Positions 51,676 through 60,162 of a stretch of 60,162 nucleotides of DNA are shown in pieces. The notes beneath the pieces were generated by a model, which was not told the origin of the DNA, made no database searches, and saw only the letters and a list, made by a program, of their open reading frames with translations. Within the stretch, counting starts at the first letter, position 1, and every line of letters starts with the position of its first letter. Made by a program: the position numbers and the translations under genes. Source of the stretch: Acidimicrobiaceae bacterium (GTDB lineage: Bacteria > Actinomycetota > Acidimicrobiia > Acidimicrobiales > Aldehydirespiratoraceae). Location of the stretch: NCBI GenBank assembly GCA_002729125.1, contig PBTQ01000011.1, positions 1 through 60,162 on the forward strand, given 5' to 3'.

Positions 51676-52604
51676 CTCTCTAGAACTTCGTAGACATGGG
51701 GATTGACACAGTCGACGGGACGCTCGCCGGTTAGGACCTGGCGGGCGTTCTCGATCGCGCCGGTGTACATCCGCACCCGGCCTTTGTCGGTTGCCGAGGC
51801 GATGTGCGGGGTGACCACAACATTGTGGCGGTTGAGGAGCGTGTGCCCGGGGTCGAGCGGCTCGGGGGCGGTGACGTCGAGGCCGGCGGCGTACACCTTG
51901 CCGGAGTCGAGCGCATCGACCAGTGCCTGCGTATCGATCACACCGCCCCGGGCCGCATTGACGATGATGACACCGTCCTGCATTCGGGCGAACGCTGCCG
52001 CGTCGAGCAGGTTCCGGGTCTCGTCCGTGAGCGGGGTGTGCATCGTGATGATCCGGCTCTCGGTCAGGACCGTGTCGAGATCGACCTGTTCGTGTTCGGC
52101 GACCTCCACATAGGGGTCGCAGACGATGACGCTCATATCCATCGCCGCGCACATGCGGGCGACCCGACTGCCGATCCGGCCATGACCGACCACCCCGATG
52201 GTGGCACCGCTCAACTCGATGCCCTCGTGCGCTGCGTAGAAGTCCTGCCGACCAGCCCGCAGGCGGGAGACATTGTTGGCGGTGAACTTGGACGCCGCCA
52301 TGAGCAGGCTCATCGTGTGCTCGGCGGTCGAAATCGACGGCGCGTCGGGTGTGTTGCACACGACGACACCTTGCGCTGCGGCGGCATCGAGATCGACGGT
52401 GTCGAAGCCGATGCCCGACCGCGAGATCACCTTGAGCATCGCTCCCTTGGCGATGCGTTCGGCGGGCCACGGCGATGCGCCTGCGATCGCCGCTCGACAT
52501 GTCGGAAGCTCGGCGTCGTCTGGGCCGACGACCTCCCAGTCGGGGCCGAAGAGTTCGTCGAATCCGGGTGGAAGCGGGCGATCGATGAAAATGCGTTCAG
52601 GCAT
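51663..52604 (-). CDS. D-isomer-specific 2-hydroxyacid dehydrogenase (glyoxylate/hydroxypyruvate-reductase-like)
   Basis: GVVGHGRIGSRVA (NAD site), NAARGG, and TPHIASAT catalytic-His region. Confidence 0.85.
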   Translation of the reverse strand: MPERIFIDRPLPPGFDELFGPDWEVVGPDDAELPTCRAAIAGASPWPAERIAKGAMLKVISRSGIGFDTVDLDAAAAQGVVVCNTPDAPSISTAEHTMSLLMAASKFTANNVSRLRAGRQDFYAAHEGIELSGATIGVVGHGRIGSRVARMCAAMDMSVIVCDPYVEVAEHEQVDLDTVLTESRIITMHTPLTDETRNLLDAAAFARMQDGVIIVNAARGGVIDTQALVDALDSGKVYAAGLDVTAPEPLDPGHTLLNRHNVVVTPHIASATDKGRVRMYTGAIENARQVLTGERPVDCVNPHVYEVLERCSS

Positions 52605-52625
52605 GGGTGTTCTCTCGTGGAGCCG

Positions 52626-53579
52626 TCATCGGGAGTCGCGCTCCTGAAGGAAGGCATCGACCTCGGGACCGGTCGGCATGTCGTCGGCACACATCATGCG
52701 ACCGGCGACGATGGCGCCTGCGGCATTGCCGTACCTAACGGTGTCGGGCAGTGACCAGCCCTCGAGGAGGCCGTGGCAGAACGCGCCGCCGAAGGCATCG
52801 CCCGATCCGAGGCCACAGACGACCTCGACTGGGTAGGGCGAGAGCCGTTGGCGTAACTGTGGGGTGGCAACCATGACGCCGTCGCCCCCGAGCTTCACGA
52901 TCGCAGCGTCGAGGCCTCGATCGAGCATGCGGTCGGCCGCCTCGTCGGGATCGTCAGTGCCGATTGCGACCTCGCATTCCTTGCGGTTGCCGATGGCGAT
53001 GGTGACGTGGTCGAGCATCGGCGAGATCGCCGCATGGGCCTGCTCCTCGCTGTCCCAAAACATCGGACGCCAGTCGAGATCGAGCACGGTGTGATGCTTC
53101 CGATGGCGACGCTGCAACAGTTCGGTGACGCTCTTGCGGCTGTGGTTGAACGCGAACCGGCTCGCCGGGATCCAGAAGATGCGCGCCGCGTCGACCGCGT
53201 CGAGAAGCTGTGGTGTGGTCTCGATCTCCATGTCAGGAGCAGCAGGCTCTCGATAGAAGATGATCGTTGGGTCTTCTGGTGGGTCGAGTTCGGCGAATGC
53301 CAGCGGTGTTTTCAATGTCGGATGGGTCGCGACGAAGCGCGGGTCGACGTTGAAGGTGTTCCGCAGTGCGTCAGCGACGTACCGGCCGAACTGGTCGTCG
53401 CCGACGCGTGTCGCAAGGGCGACGGTGTGGCCGTAACGGGCGGTGGCGACGGCGACGTTCGTGGCCGTTCCGCCGATGGACTTCCGGAAGGTCGTGACGT
53501 CGGACATCGTCACGCCGGTTTGTTCGGCGTAGAGGTCAACGCTCACCCTTCCGATCGAGAGAAGATCGAGCGACGACAT
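52626..53579 (-). CDS. iolC: 5-dehydro-2-deoxygluconokinase (PfkB family)
   Basis: LDLLSIGRVSVDLY...GGTATNVAV...and C-terminal GLGSGDAFGGAF (PfkB motif 2). It sits in the iol operon. Confidence 0.87.
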   Translation of the reverse strand: MSSLDLLSIGRVSVDLYAEQTGVTMSDVTTFRKSIGGTATNVAVATARYGHTVALATRVGDDQFGRYVADALRNTFNVDPRFVATHPTLKTPLAFAELDPPEDPTIIFYREPAAPDMEIETTPQLLDAVDAARIFWIPASRFAFNHSRKSVTELLQRRHRKHHTVLDLDWRPMFWDSEEQAHAAISPMLDHVTIAIGNRKECEVAIGTDDPDEAADRMLDRGLDAAIVKLGGDGVMVATPQLRQRLSPYPVEVVCGLGSGDAFGGAFCHGLLEGWSLPDTVRYGNAAGAIVAGRMMCADDMPTGPEVDAFLQERDSR

Positions 53580-53695
53580 CGACGATCAGCCTCCTTGACC
53601 CTGCAGGTCGATCTCGGTCGAGTGGGGCCACGGCTCCCGGTGACGGGTGCCTCGGGTGGCCTCCTGGGCCGTGCGGAGCGTCGGCGGGATCCAGT

Positions 53696-54625
53696 TCACG
53701 AGGCCTTGTGACCTGCGGTGAACTCCGCACTAATAGCACGGAGGTATTCGATGCTCCGGAGAACATCGACCTTGGGGCCTTCACCCGGCGCCGGTTCGCC
53801 GTCGGTGATGGCCGCGTCCTGTTCGAGCACGTACCAGCCGTCGTAGCCGCTGCGTTCGAGGTCGGTGACGACCTCGGCGACCGGCACATCGCCATCGCCC
53901 ATCGGGCAGAACATGCCGTTTTGCACACCCTGCATGATCGACTGCTCGCCACGAAGGACCGGTGCGGCGAGGTCGAGGCGCACATCCTTGAGGTGGACAT
54001 GCGCAATGCGATCACGGGCATCGGCGAGGAACTCGACGGGGTCGTAACCGCCGATCATGAGGTGGCCCATATCGAAGGTCCAGCCGACCCGGCTGCGTTC
54101 GAGCACGTTCTTCACGTCGCTCGGTCGCTCGATCATCGTGCCGAGATGGGGGTGGATCGCCTGCGACATGCCATGGGCGGCGACGACCTCTTCGATCTCA
54201 TCGAGCATCGCCGCAGCGTAATCCCAGGCCGCCGAACCGATCTCCACGCGGGGCGCCCAGTCGAAGCTGGTGACCATCGACGTGATGAACAGGTGGCCGC
54301 CCGCTCCTCCCATCAGCGCTGCGGCCCGTTCGGCGGCGGCAAGGCTGGCATCGCGCTGGGCAGGGTCGTGGAGCACGACCGGAACGAAGCCGCCAATCAT
54401 TTTGAGGTCAAAGCGCGCACACAACTCGCGCAATTCGCCGGGGTCGATCGGGAGATAGCCGTCGGAACCGAGTTCGGTGGCGACAAACCCAAGTTCCTGC
54501 ATCTCGGACAGCACACGTTCGACCGGGAGTTCCAGACCCCAGCCGGGGACCTCGCAAACACCCCAACTGACGGGTGCTCCGGCAACCCGCTGGAAGAAAC
54601 TGCTCAAACCCGACCCCGAGGACAA
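53696..54625 (-). CDS. iolE: Inosose dehydratase-like sugar-phosphate isomerase/epimerase (xylose-isomerase-like TIM barrel)
   Basis: ...GAPVSWGVCEV...HPHLGTMIE...HVHLKDV... It is the first gene of the iol operon. TTG start at 54625. Confidence 0.78.
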   Translation of the reverse strand: MSSGSGLSSFFQRVAGAPVSWGVCEVPGWGLELPVERVLSEMQELGFVATELGSDGYLPIDPGELRELCARFDLKMIGGFVPVVLHDPAQRDASLAAAERAAALMGGAGGHLFITSMVTSFDWAPRVEIGSAAWDYAAAMLDEIEEVVAAHGMSQAIHPHLGTMIERPSDVKNVLERSRVGWTFDMGHLMIGGYDPVEFLADARDRIAHVHLKDVRLDLAAPVLRGEQSIMQGVQNGMFCPMGDGDVPVAEVVTDLERSGYDGWYVLEQDAAITDGEPAPGEGPKVDVLRSIEYLRAISAEFTAGHKAS

Positions 54626-54640
54626 CGTTTTGCCCCGACG

Positions 54641-54664
54641 CGCAATTGCGTTAGAGCGCTCTAA
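54641..54664. promoter_or_regulatory. Two abutting perfect palindromes (CGCAATTGCG and TTAGAGCGCTCTAA): candidate LacI-family operator
   Basis: They lie in the 112-nt divergent region between iolE (start 54625) and the LacI-family gene (start 54738). The 14-bp palindrome has the central CG typical of LacI/GalR operators. Confidence 0.5.
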
Positions 54665-54737
54665 ATCTTACGGTGACCCCCGTACTTGTCAAGCCCAACG
54701 ACGGTGAGCGACGCTTTCGCAAGGGGGAGCCGACGAG

Positions 54738-55736
54738 ATGAGTCGTCCGACGATGGAGACCGTGGCCGAACGTGCCGGGGTTTCTCGCGCTCTCGTGAGC
54801 CTGGTGATGAACAACTCGTCAAAGGTCAGCGACGCCAAGCGCGAGGCGGTGCTGCACGCAGCAGAGCAGCTCGGGTACCGGCCGAACCTCCACGCCCGCA
54901 ACCTCGCCCAGGCTCGCACTAAGACGCTGGGCATGATCATCAACGACATCCACAACCCATTCTTTGCCGAGGTCGTGTACGGGGTTGAGGCCGCCGCCGA
55001 CGACTACGGCTTCGACGTGTTGATCCTCAACGGTGGGCGCGACGCCGAAAAGGAGCGGCGGGCCGTCGAAACCCATCTGCAGTTCCAAGTCGAGGCGTTG
55101 ATCCTCGTCGGCCCCAAGCTCGACGATGACGACATCGTCCGAGCGTCTGCGGTGGTACCGACCGTGGTGGTGGCATCCGGCCGCGACAACCCTGGAGCCG
55201 ACACGATCACCACCGACGACGAGCGCGGCACCGCCCTCGCGGTCCGGCACCTCGTCGAACTCGGCCACACCGACATCGTCCACATTGACGGAGCCGCCAA
55301 CATCTCCTCACGCGCCCGGTCGCGCGGCTATGAGAACGCCATGCGCTCGCTCGGGCTCGAGCCGCGAACCCTGCGAGGTGGCGACGACGAAGCAGATGCC
55401 GAGAGCGCAATCGTCAAGCTCGCCGAGACCGATTCGATGCCCACCGCAATTTTTGCCTTCAACGACCTCGTCGCCGCCGGCGCGCTCAGCACCCTCGAAG
55501 CGGCAGGGCTGCGGGTTCCCGACGACGTATCCGTCGTCGGTTACGACAACACGTTCATCGCCGAGCTCAACCACATGTCGCTCACGACGGTCAATCAGCC
55601 GCGACATCAGATGGGTCAACTGGCGATCCGGACGGTCCTAGAGCGCATCGAGGACGACCGCACCGAGCCCACTCGTATCGACCTCGCACCGACCCTGTCG
55701 GTGCGGCGATCGACGGCGCCGCCCCGAAAGGCCTGA
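54738..55736 (+). CDS. LacI family transcriptional regulator (probable iol repressor)
   Basis: HTH MSRPTMETVAERAGVSRALVSLVMN plus a periplasmic-binding-protein-like effector domain. It is divergent from the iol operon. Confidence 0.9.
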   Translation: MSRPTMETVAERAGVSRALVSLVMNNSSKVSDAKREAVLHAAEQLGYRPNLHARNLAQARTKTLGMIINDIHNPFFAEVVYGVEAAADDYGFDVLILNGGRDAEKERRAVETHLQFQVEALILVGPKLDDDDIVRASAVVPTVVVASGRDNPGADTITTDDERGTALAVRHLVELGHTDIVHIDGAANISSRARSRGYENAMRSLGLEPRTLRGGDDEADAESAIVKLAETDSMPTAIFAFNDLVAAGALSTLEAAGLRVPDDVSVVGYDNTFIAELNHMSLTTVNQPRHQMGQLAIRTVLERIEDDRTEPTRIDLAPTLSVRRSTAPPRKA

Positions 55737-55737
55737 C

Positions 55738-56223
55738 ATGACGGAGCGAATCCGCATCGGCATCGTCGGCGACATCGGCAGCCACTTCCTCTACCTCGCC
55801 CGATGGTTCTTTGGCGAGGTCTCATCGGTCGACTGCCTCTCGCGCTCGTTCATCGAGCGCGCCGACCGACCCGACGGTCGCCCCTACGAGCGCGGTGAGG
55901 ACTCGGCGCTGATCACCCTCGAGTTCACCTCCGGCGCCTATGCCACCGTGCAGTCGGTGCGCGGCGTGAAGGTCGGCGAGTCCGGCCCAGCCGCCGAACT
56001 GCCGATCCCCGACGACATCTGGAACGGTGCTCGCCGCGACAATGTGCACGACAGGTACCGCGACATCTTCCGCGGATCAGGCGCGATGATCGGCGACTTC
56101 GTCCACGCCGTCCGCACCCGCCGCCCTTGCGATCCCGACTTCGCCGAAGGCCTCCGCATCCAGCAACTGTGCGACGCTGCGGACGAAAGCGCCGCTGCCA
56201 GCGGAGTTCGACTGTCCGTGTGA
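55738..56223 (+). CDS. Miniaturised Gfo/Idh/MocA-derived ORF (internally deleted; possible gene remnant)
   Basis: MTERIRIGIVG (start of the Rossmann domain) is joined directly to DIGSHFLYLARWFFGE (the motif normally ~170 aa downstream). Then come ALITLEFTSGAYATVQS and a C-terminal FVHAVRTRRPCDPDFAEGLRIQQLCDAADESA. Total length is 161 aa. Confidence 0.5.
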   Translation: MTERIRIGIVGDIGSHFLYLARWFFGEVSSVDCLSRSFIERADRPDGRPYERGEDSALITLEFTSGAYATVQSVRGVKVGESGPAAELPIPDDIWNGARRDNVHDRYRDIFRGSGAMIGDFVHAVRTRRPCDPDFAEGLRIQQLCDAADESAAASGVRLSV

Positions 56224-56882
56224 GTGCCCGCATCGCACTCGAAGCAGCGCTCACTCTCGCAGCAGTCGCCTGTGGCATCGATGACCCACTGACGGCCGTT
56301 GACTGGGTGGTGATTGGTGTCGCCGCCGATTGCTGCAGCCTCGAGCCTGCCTTCGGCACCGGTGTCGCCGTTATCCACGGCGACCAGGTGCTGGTCGTCA
56401 CGACGGCTCACACGGTCGCTGGCTCCGATGAGGTGAGCCTGCGCCAACCCTTGGGCCTTGCGGTCCCCGCCGAGGTCGTCGCCTTCGACCCCGATCGTGA
56501 CGTCGCCGTGATCCGAGCCAACGAGATGAGGTACGGGCGGCCGATGAGCGAGCCCTCGACGGGCGCCGCAGCGACCGCCGTGGCGTGGAGTCCCGACGTC
56601 GGCCTCGAATCCTTCGACACCACGATCACCCACCTCCTTCGAGTGACGCTCGAGGACATCTACATCGAGGATGTCGTCGAGCGGCGCGCATTCGAGTTCG
56701 ACGGTGCGATCACCGCCGGCGATTCAGGTGCGCCGATCTTCTGCGAGACCGGCGACGTGCTCGGGATCGTCTACGCACGCAGCCGTGAACGTAATGCGGG
56801 CTTTCCGTCGTCGACGCCGGAAATCCGGCCAGTGCTGGATTCCGTCACCGATTCCCGCGCCGACACCGGCCGCTGCATCTAG
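56220..56882 (+). CDS. Trypsin-like (S1) serine protease lipoprotein
   Basis: Start trimmed to GTG 56220 (GTGA overlap with the upstream stop). Lipobox ALTLAAVACG. Catalytic motifs TTAHTV (His), DVAVI (Asp) and GDSGAP (Ser). Confidence 0.75.
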   Translation: MSARIALEAALTLAAVACGIDDPLTAVDWVVIGVAADCCSLEPAFGTGVAVIHGDQVLVVTTAHTVAGSDEVSLRQPLGLAVPAEVVAFDPDRDVAVIRANEMRYGRPMSEPSTGAAATAVAWSPDVGLESFDTTITHLLRVTLEDIYIEDVVERRAFEFDGAITAGDSGAPIFCETGDVLGIVYARSRERNAGFPSSTPEIRPVLDSVTDSRADTGRCI

Positions 56883-56893
56883 CCTCCGATCCC

Positions 56894-57835
56894 ATGATCC
56901 TGGGTTTCGACGTCGGCGGAACGAACGCACGGGCATTGCTCATCGAGCCGGAGACCGGCGACATCATCGACCGCGACCGCGAGTCGAGCGCCGGCACCGG
57001 TCCTGTCCTGCTCGAAACGCTCGTCCGGATGATCGACCGGATGACACGAAACCACCAGGGTGAGCTCGAGGGCATCGGTCTCGGCGTGGCAGGCCTCGCC
57101 CATCGCTCGGGGGTCATCCACTACTCCCCCAACCTTCCGGATCTCGTCGAGTACCCGTTGGGCACCGAACTCGCCGGCCGAACCGGCCGCGACGTGACCG
57201 TCATGAACGACGCGACCGCCGCCACCTGGGCCGAGGGCAAGCTCGGCGCCGGGCGGGGCAGCGACGATTACATGCTCATCACCCTCGGCACCGGTATCGG
57301 CAGCGGTTTCGTCTGTGGAGGCCGGTTGATCCATGGCCACAACGGCTTCGCCGGCGAGTCGGGGCACATGGTCGTCGACGCGAACGGCCCGACCCACCAC
57401 ACCGGCCAGCGGGGTCCCTGGGAGTACTACTCGTCGGGCACGGCGCTCGGCCAGATCGGACGCTCGCAAGCCCAGATCGGCCTCTTCCCTTCCGCGCTCA
57501 GTCTGGCCGGGTCGGTCGCAGCGATCACCGGCTTCACGGTCGCCGAAGCGTTGAACCGAGGCGACAAGGAAGCCAAGCGCATCTTCGAAGGCTTTTGCCG
57601 ACAGGTGGCGGTCGGTCTCGCCAACCTCGTCATGATCTTCGACCCGGAGCGCATCATCCTGGGCGGGGGGCTCACCGACGTCGGCGAACCACTCCGGGCA
57701 GGAACGAAGTACTGGCTCGACGAACTCACACTCGGTGCCCGGTACCGACCCGAGGTCGAGATCGTGATGGCCCAACTCGGCGACGACGCCGGCGCACTCG
57801 GCGCCGCGCTCTGGAGCCGAGAAGCCGCCAACTAG
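56894..57835 (+). CDS. ROK family sugar kinase (glucokinase-like)
   Basis: ILGFDVGGTNAR (ATP site), ITLGTGIGSGFV, and GHNGFAGESGHM...H...G (ROK zinc region, partly His-type). Confidence 0.85.
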   Translation: MILGFDVGGTNARALLIEPETGDIIDRDRESSAGTGPVLLETLVRMIDRMTRNHQGELEGIGLGVAGLAHRSGVIHYSPNLPDLVEYPLGTELAGRTGRDVTVMNDATAATWAEGKLGAGRGSDDYMLITLGTGIGSGFVCGGRLIHGHNGFAGESGHMVVDANGPTHHTGQRGPWEYYSSGTALGQIGRSQAQIGLFPSALSLAGSVAAITGFTVAEALNRGDKEAKRIFEGFCRQVAVGLANLVMIFDPERIILGGGLTDVGEPLRAGTKYWLDELTLGARYRPEVEIVMAQLGDDAGALGAALWSREAAN

Positions 57836-58950
57836 GTCTCGGCCTGGATCGGCGGGACCACCAACTCAACTGCGACGAGCAGGGCGCCTGCCACCACGAG
57901 CAGCCCGCCGCCGACCCACCCGAGCATGGCGTACTCACCACCGACGACCAGCACACCGGCAACGAGTGGGCCCAGCGCTCGCCCGAAGGCCATGGCGGCC
58001 TGGGCGTCGCCGGCACGTTCGGTCGGGAACCGGGACCGCTCGGCGAGCAGGGTGTACGAGCCGGGCACCGCCATCCAGAACGCGGCGCCCCAGACACAGA
58101 GCACGAACCACAGCACCGCCGACTGGTCGGCCTGGGTCGAGATCACCGCACAGACCCCGGTGAGCGCGAAGTAGCCACCGGCGAAGCGTCGATGACCGCG
58201 GAAGCGAGCCGCCGGGATGCTGACCAATGCGTTCGCCGAAAAGGCCAACGAGATCACAAGCGCACTCATTCCGTAGCGGTCGGCGGCGATCGCGCCCATA
58301 AAGACGAATACGGCCGAGCCACCAAACGTGGCGATGGTCAGGGCCGCGATGACGACCAACGCAGCCCGAACAGCGCGATTGCGACCGGTGGGTGTGCGGT
58401 CGGGCACGACGATGGCGGGCACCCAAACGAGCGGTACGAGCGAGACGCCGGCGAGCACGAGGAACACCGCACGGACTTCGCTGAGCTCGAGTAGCACGCC
58501 GATGATCGGCGCCGACACGACGGCAGTGAGTGGCCCGACCGTGGTGATGTCGCCCGTCCGCTCATCGTCACCGAAGACCTGTGAGTAGGCGAGCCAGGTT
58601 AGGACACCGAGAGCGAGGCCCGAGACCGATCTCGTCACGACCAACACGACGAACGAGCTGACGAGCGCCGCCACGACATTGGCCGCCGACAGTGTCACGA
58701 GCGCGACGACGAAGAGGCGCCGGGACGGGTCGACGACTCGCCCCGCTGTCCACGAGCCAACCACGAACGAGCCGAGCTGGGCGGCCGAGAACAGCGCTGC
58801 GGTTCCGGTGGAGACCTCGAACTCCGTCGCGAGCGGGGCGAGGACGAGTGGGGTGGCGGAGAAGGTCGCCATTGCCACGGCCATCGCGGCGACGAGACCG
58901 ATCTCGGTGTGCAGGCGAAGCGCGTTGAGAAGCCGGAATGGGACCTGCAC
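57832..58950 (-). CDS. MFS transporter
   Basis: 372-aa polytopic ORF with about 12 hydrophobic segments and an MFS-like loop ([10 protein letters not shown]). It overlaps the convergent ROK gene end by 4 nt. Confidence 0.8.
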   Translation of the reverse strand: MQVPFRLLNALRLHTEIGLVAAMAVAMATFSATPLVLAPLATEFEVSTGTAALFSAAQLGSFVVGSWTAGRVVDPSRRLFVVALVTLSAANVVAALVSSFVVLVVTRSVSGLALGVLTWLAYSQVFGDDERTGDITTVGPLTAVVSAPIIGVLLELSEVRAVFLVLAGVSLVPLVWVPAIVVPDRTPTGRNRAVRAALVVIAALTIATFGGSAVFVFMGAIAADRYGMSALVISLAFSANALVSIPAARFRGHRRFAGGYFALTGVCAVISTQADQSAVLWFVLCVWGAAFWMAVPGSYTLLAERSRFPTERAGDAQAAMAFGRALGPLVAGVLVVGGEYAMLGWVGGGLLVVAGALLVAVELVVPPIQAET

Positions 58951-59019
58951 GACGTCACCTTACGCCCGTCCGCGGAACCACGATCGGAGTTAGCCACCGG
59001 ACCAACTAGATTCTCTGCC

Positions 59020-60162
59020 ATGCCTGATCTCCGCAGTCAGACCACCACCCAGGGACGCAACCAAGCCGGTGCCCGAGCGCTCTGGCGTGCCACCGGCATG
59101 ACCGACGACGACTTCCACAAGCCGATCATCGCCGTGTCGAACTCGTTCACCCAGTTCGTACCCGGCCACGTCCACCTCAAGGATCTCGGGCAGCTCGTGT
59201 GCCGCGAGATCGAAGCCGCCGGCGGGGTGGCGAAAGAGTTCAACACCATTGCGGTCGACGACGGCATCGCCATGGGGCACGACGGCATGCTCTACAGCCT
59301 CCCGAGCCGCGATCTCATCGCCGACTCGGTCGAGTACATGGTCAACGCCCACTGCGCCGACGCGCTGGTGTGCATCTCCAACTGCGACAAGATCACGCCT
59401 GGCATGTTGATGGCGGCAATGCGCCTCAACATCCCGACGATCTTCGTCACCGGCGGACCGATGGAGGCCGGGAAGACTAAGCTCGCCGGTGTCGAGGTCA
59501 AGCTCGACCTCATCGACCCGATGATCAAGGCCGGCGACACGTCCGTCAGCGACGAGGACGTGCAGGAGATGGAGCGCTCCGCCTGCCCGACCTGTGGGTC
59601 GTGTTCGGGCATGTTCACCGCCAACTCGATGAACTGCCTCGCAGAGGCGCTCGGTCTGGCGCTGCCGGGCAACGGCACCGTCGTCGCCACGCACAGCGAT
59701 CGCGAGCGGCTTTTCCTTCAGGCCGGTCGCCAGATCGTCGATCTCGCCACGCGGTACTACGAGAAAGAGGACGACTCGGTCCTCCCCCGCTCGATCTGCA
59801 CCAAGGAGGCGTTCGAGAACGCAATGACCCTCGACATCGCAATGGGCGGCTCCACCAACACCGTGCTGCACATTCTCGCTGCCGCCCGCGAGGCGCACGT
59901 CGACTTCACGATGGCCGACATCGATCGACTCAGCCGGCCCTCCCCCGCCATCTGCAAGGTCGCGCCCGCCGCCGACACGTACCACATCGAAGACGTCCAC
60001 CGAGCCGGCGGCATCATGGGCATCCTCGGAGAGCTCGACCGGGCCGGACTCCTCCACACCGAGCAGCCCACCGTCCACGCCCCAACGATGGCCGCCGCCC
60101 TCGACGAATGGGACATCATGCGCGACCCGTCGTCGGAAGTGCAGGAGTTCTACCGGGCCGGA
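59020..60162 (+). CDS. ilvD: Dihydroxy-acid dehydratase, N-terminal ~380 aa (runs off the window end)
   Basis: Own translation from ATG 59020: [57 protein letters not shown]...[23 protein letters not shown]...[12 protein letters not shown]...GGPMEAG. It is not in the ORF track because no stop lies in the window. Confidence 0.92.
   Translation, partial: MPDLRSQTTTQGRNQAGARALWRATGMTDDDFHKPIIAVSNSFTQFVPGHVHLKDLGQLVCREIEAAGGVAKEFNTIAVDDGIAMGHDGMLYSLPSRDLIADSVEYMVNAHCADALVCISNCDKITPGMLMAAMRLNIPTIFVTGGPMEAGKTKLAGVEVKLDLIDPMIKAGDTSVSDEDVQEMERSACPTCGSCSGMFTANSMNCLAEALGLALPGNGTVVATHSDRERLFLQAGRQIVDLATRYYEKEDDSVLPRSICTKEAFENAMTLDIAMGGSTNTVLHILAAAREAHVDFTMADIDRLSRPSPAICKVAPAADTYHIEDVHRAGGIMGILGELDRAGLLHTEQPTVHAPTMAAALDEWDIMRDPSSEVQEFYRAG

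Noticed and set aside
51676-52500. N-terminal 275 aa of the 670-aa ORF 50488..52500
   Set aside because: This part is an Arg/Pro/His-rich shadow frame running across the 2-hydroxyacid dehydrogenase gene. Recognisable Gfo/Idh/MocA homology starts only at MFLVSARKKIRVGVVG (ATG 51675).
1-60162. Search for tRNA, rRNA, tmRNA, CRISPR arrays, transposases, integrases and prophage genes
   Set aside because: Visual scanning found no T-loop/acceptor-like GGTTCGAATCC-type segments, no regularly spaced repeats and no recombinase-like ORFs. A covariance-model or HMM scan would be needed to be certain.

Overview
High-GC chromosomal segment with an Actinomycetota-like gene style. This is inferred from frequent GTG/TTG starts, many 4-nt GTGA/ATGA stop-start overlaps, and DUF3039/DUF3253/Cgl0159-type families; GC was not computed. 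I support about 58 protein-coding genes or gene remnants. I saw no rRNA, tRNA, CRISPR array, transposase or integrase.

Gene order:
- folC (5' end), serA, DUF1015, folD (serine/one-carbon block)
- CoA-transferase and an SF2 helicase
- paaI-marR, convergent with a tightly coupled paaZABCDEK phenylacetate operon
- an acyl-CoA synthetase plus Liv-type ABC transporter operon
- a decayed TauD-like gene
- a three-gene operon headed by a photolyase-like protein with reversed domain order, inside a base-excision-repair neighbourhood (nei, HNH, sua5, nth, EEP nuclease)
- CoA-transferase, CIA30 lipoprotein, acyl-CoA dehydrogenase
- frameshifted tauE-like gene, valS, methyltransferase
- a cluster of Fe(II)/2OG-dioxygenase-superfamily genes (PhyH, BBOX/TMLH-like, a TauD-like protein lacking both iron-binding His) with ltaE, a 516-aa unknown protein and a MarR regulator
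- SRPBCC-SDR pair
- a desaturase/Rieske chimeric scar
- a roughly 9-kb myo-inositol (iol) operon with a divergent LacI regulator
- S1 protease lipoprotein, ROK kinase, MFS transporter, ilvD (5' part)

Most interesting observations:
1. An apparently circularly permuted FeS-BCP-like photolyase, translationally coupled to a DUF2256-DUF3253 fusion and a DUF3039-like zinc-ribbon protein.
2. A MarR-headed operon of a His-less TauD-fold protein, an unassignable 516-aa protein and a BBOX/TMLH-like dioxygenase, placed next to a threonine aldolase.
3. A shared 20-bp palindromic operator in front of both the paa operon and the acyl-CoA-synthetase/ABC-transporter operon.
4. An unusual density of decayed or rearranged genes.

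All family assignments come from motif recognition by eye. No database search was run. Trimmed start codons are inferences.
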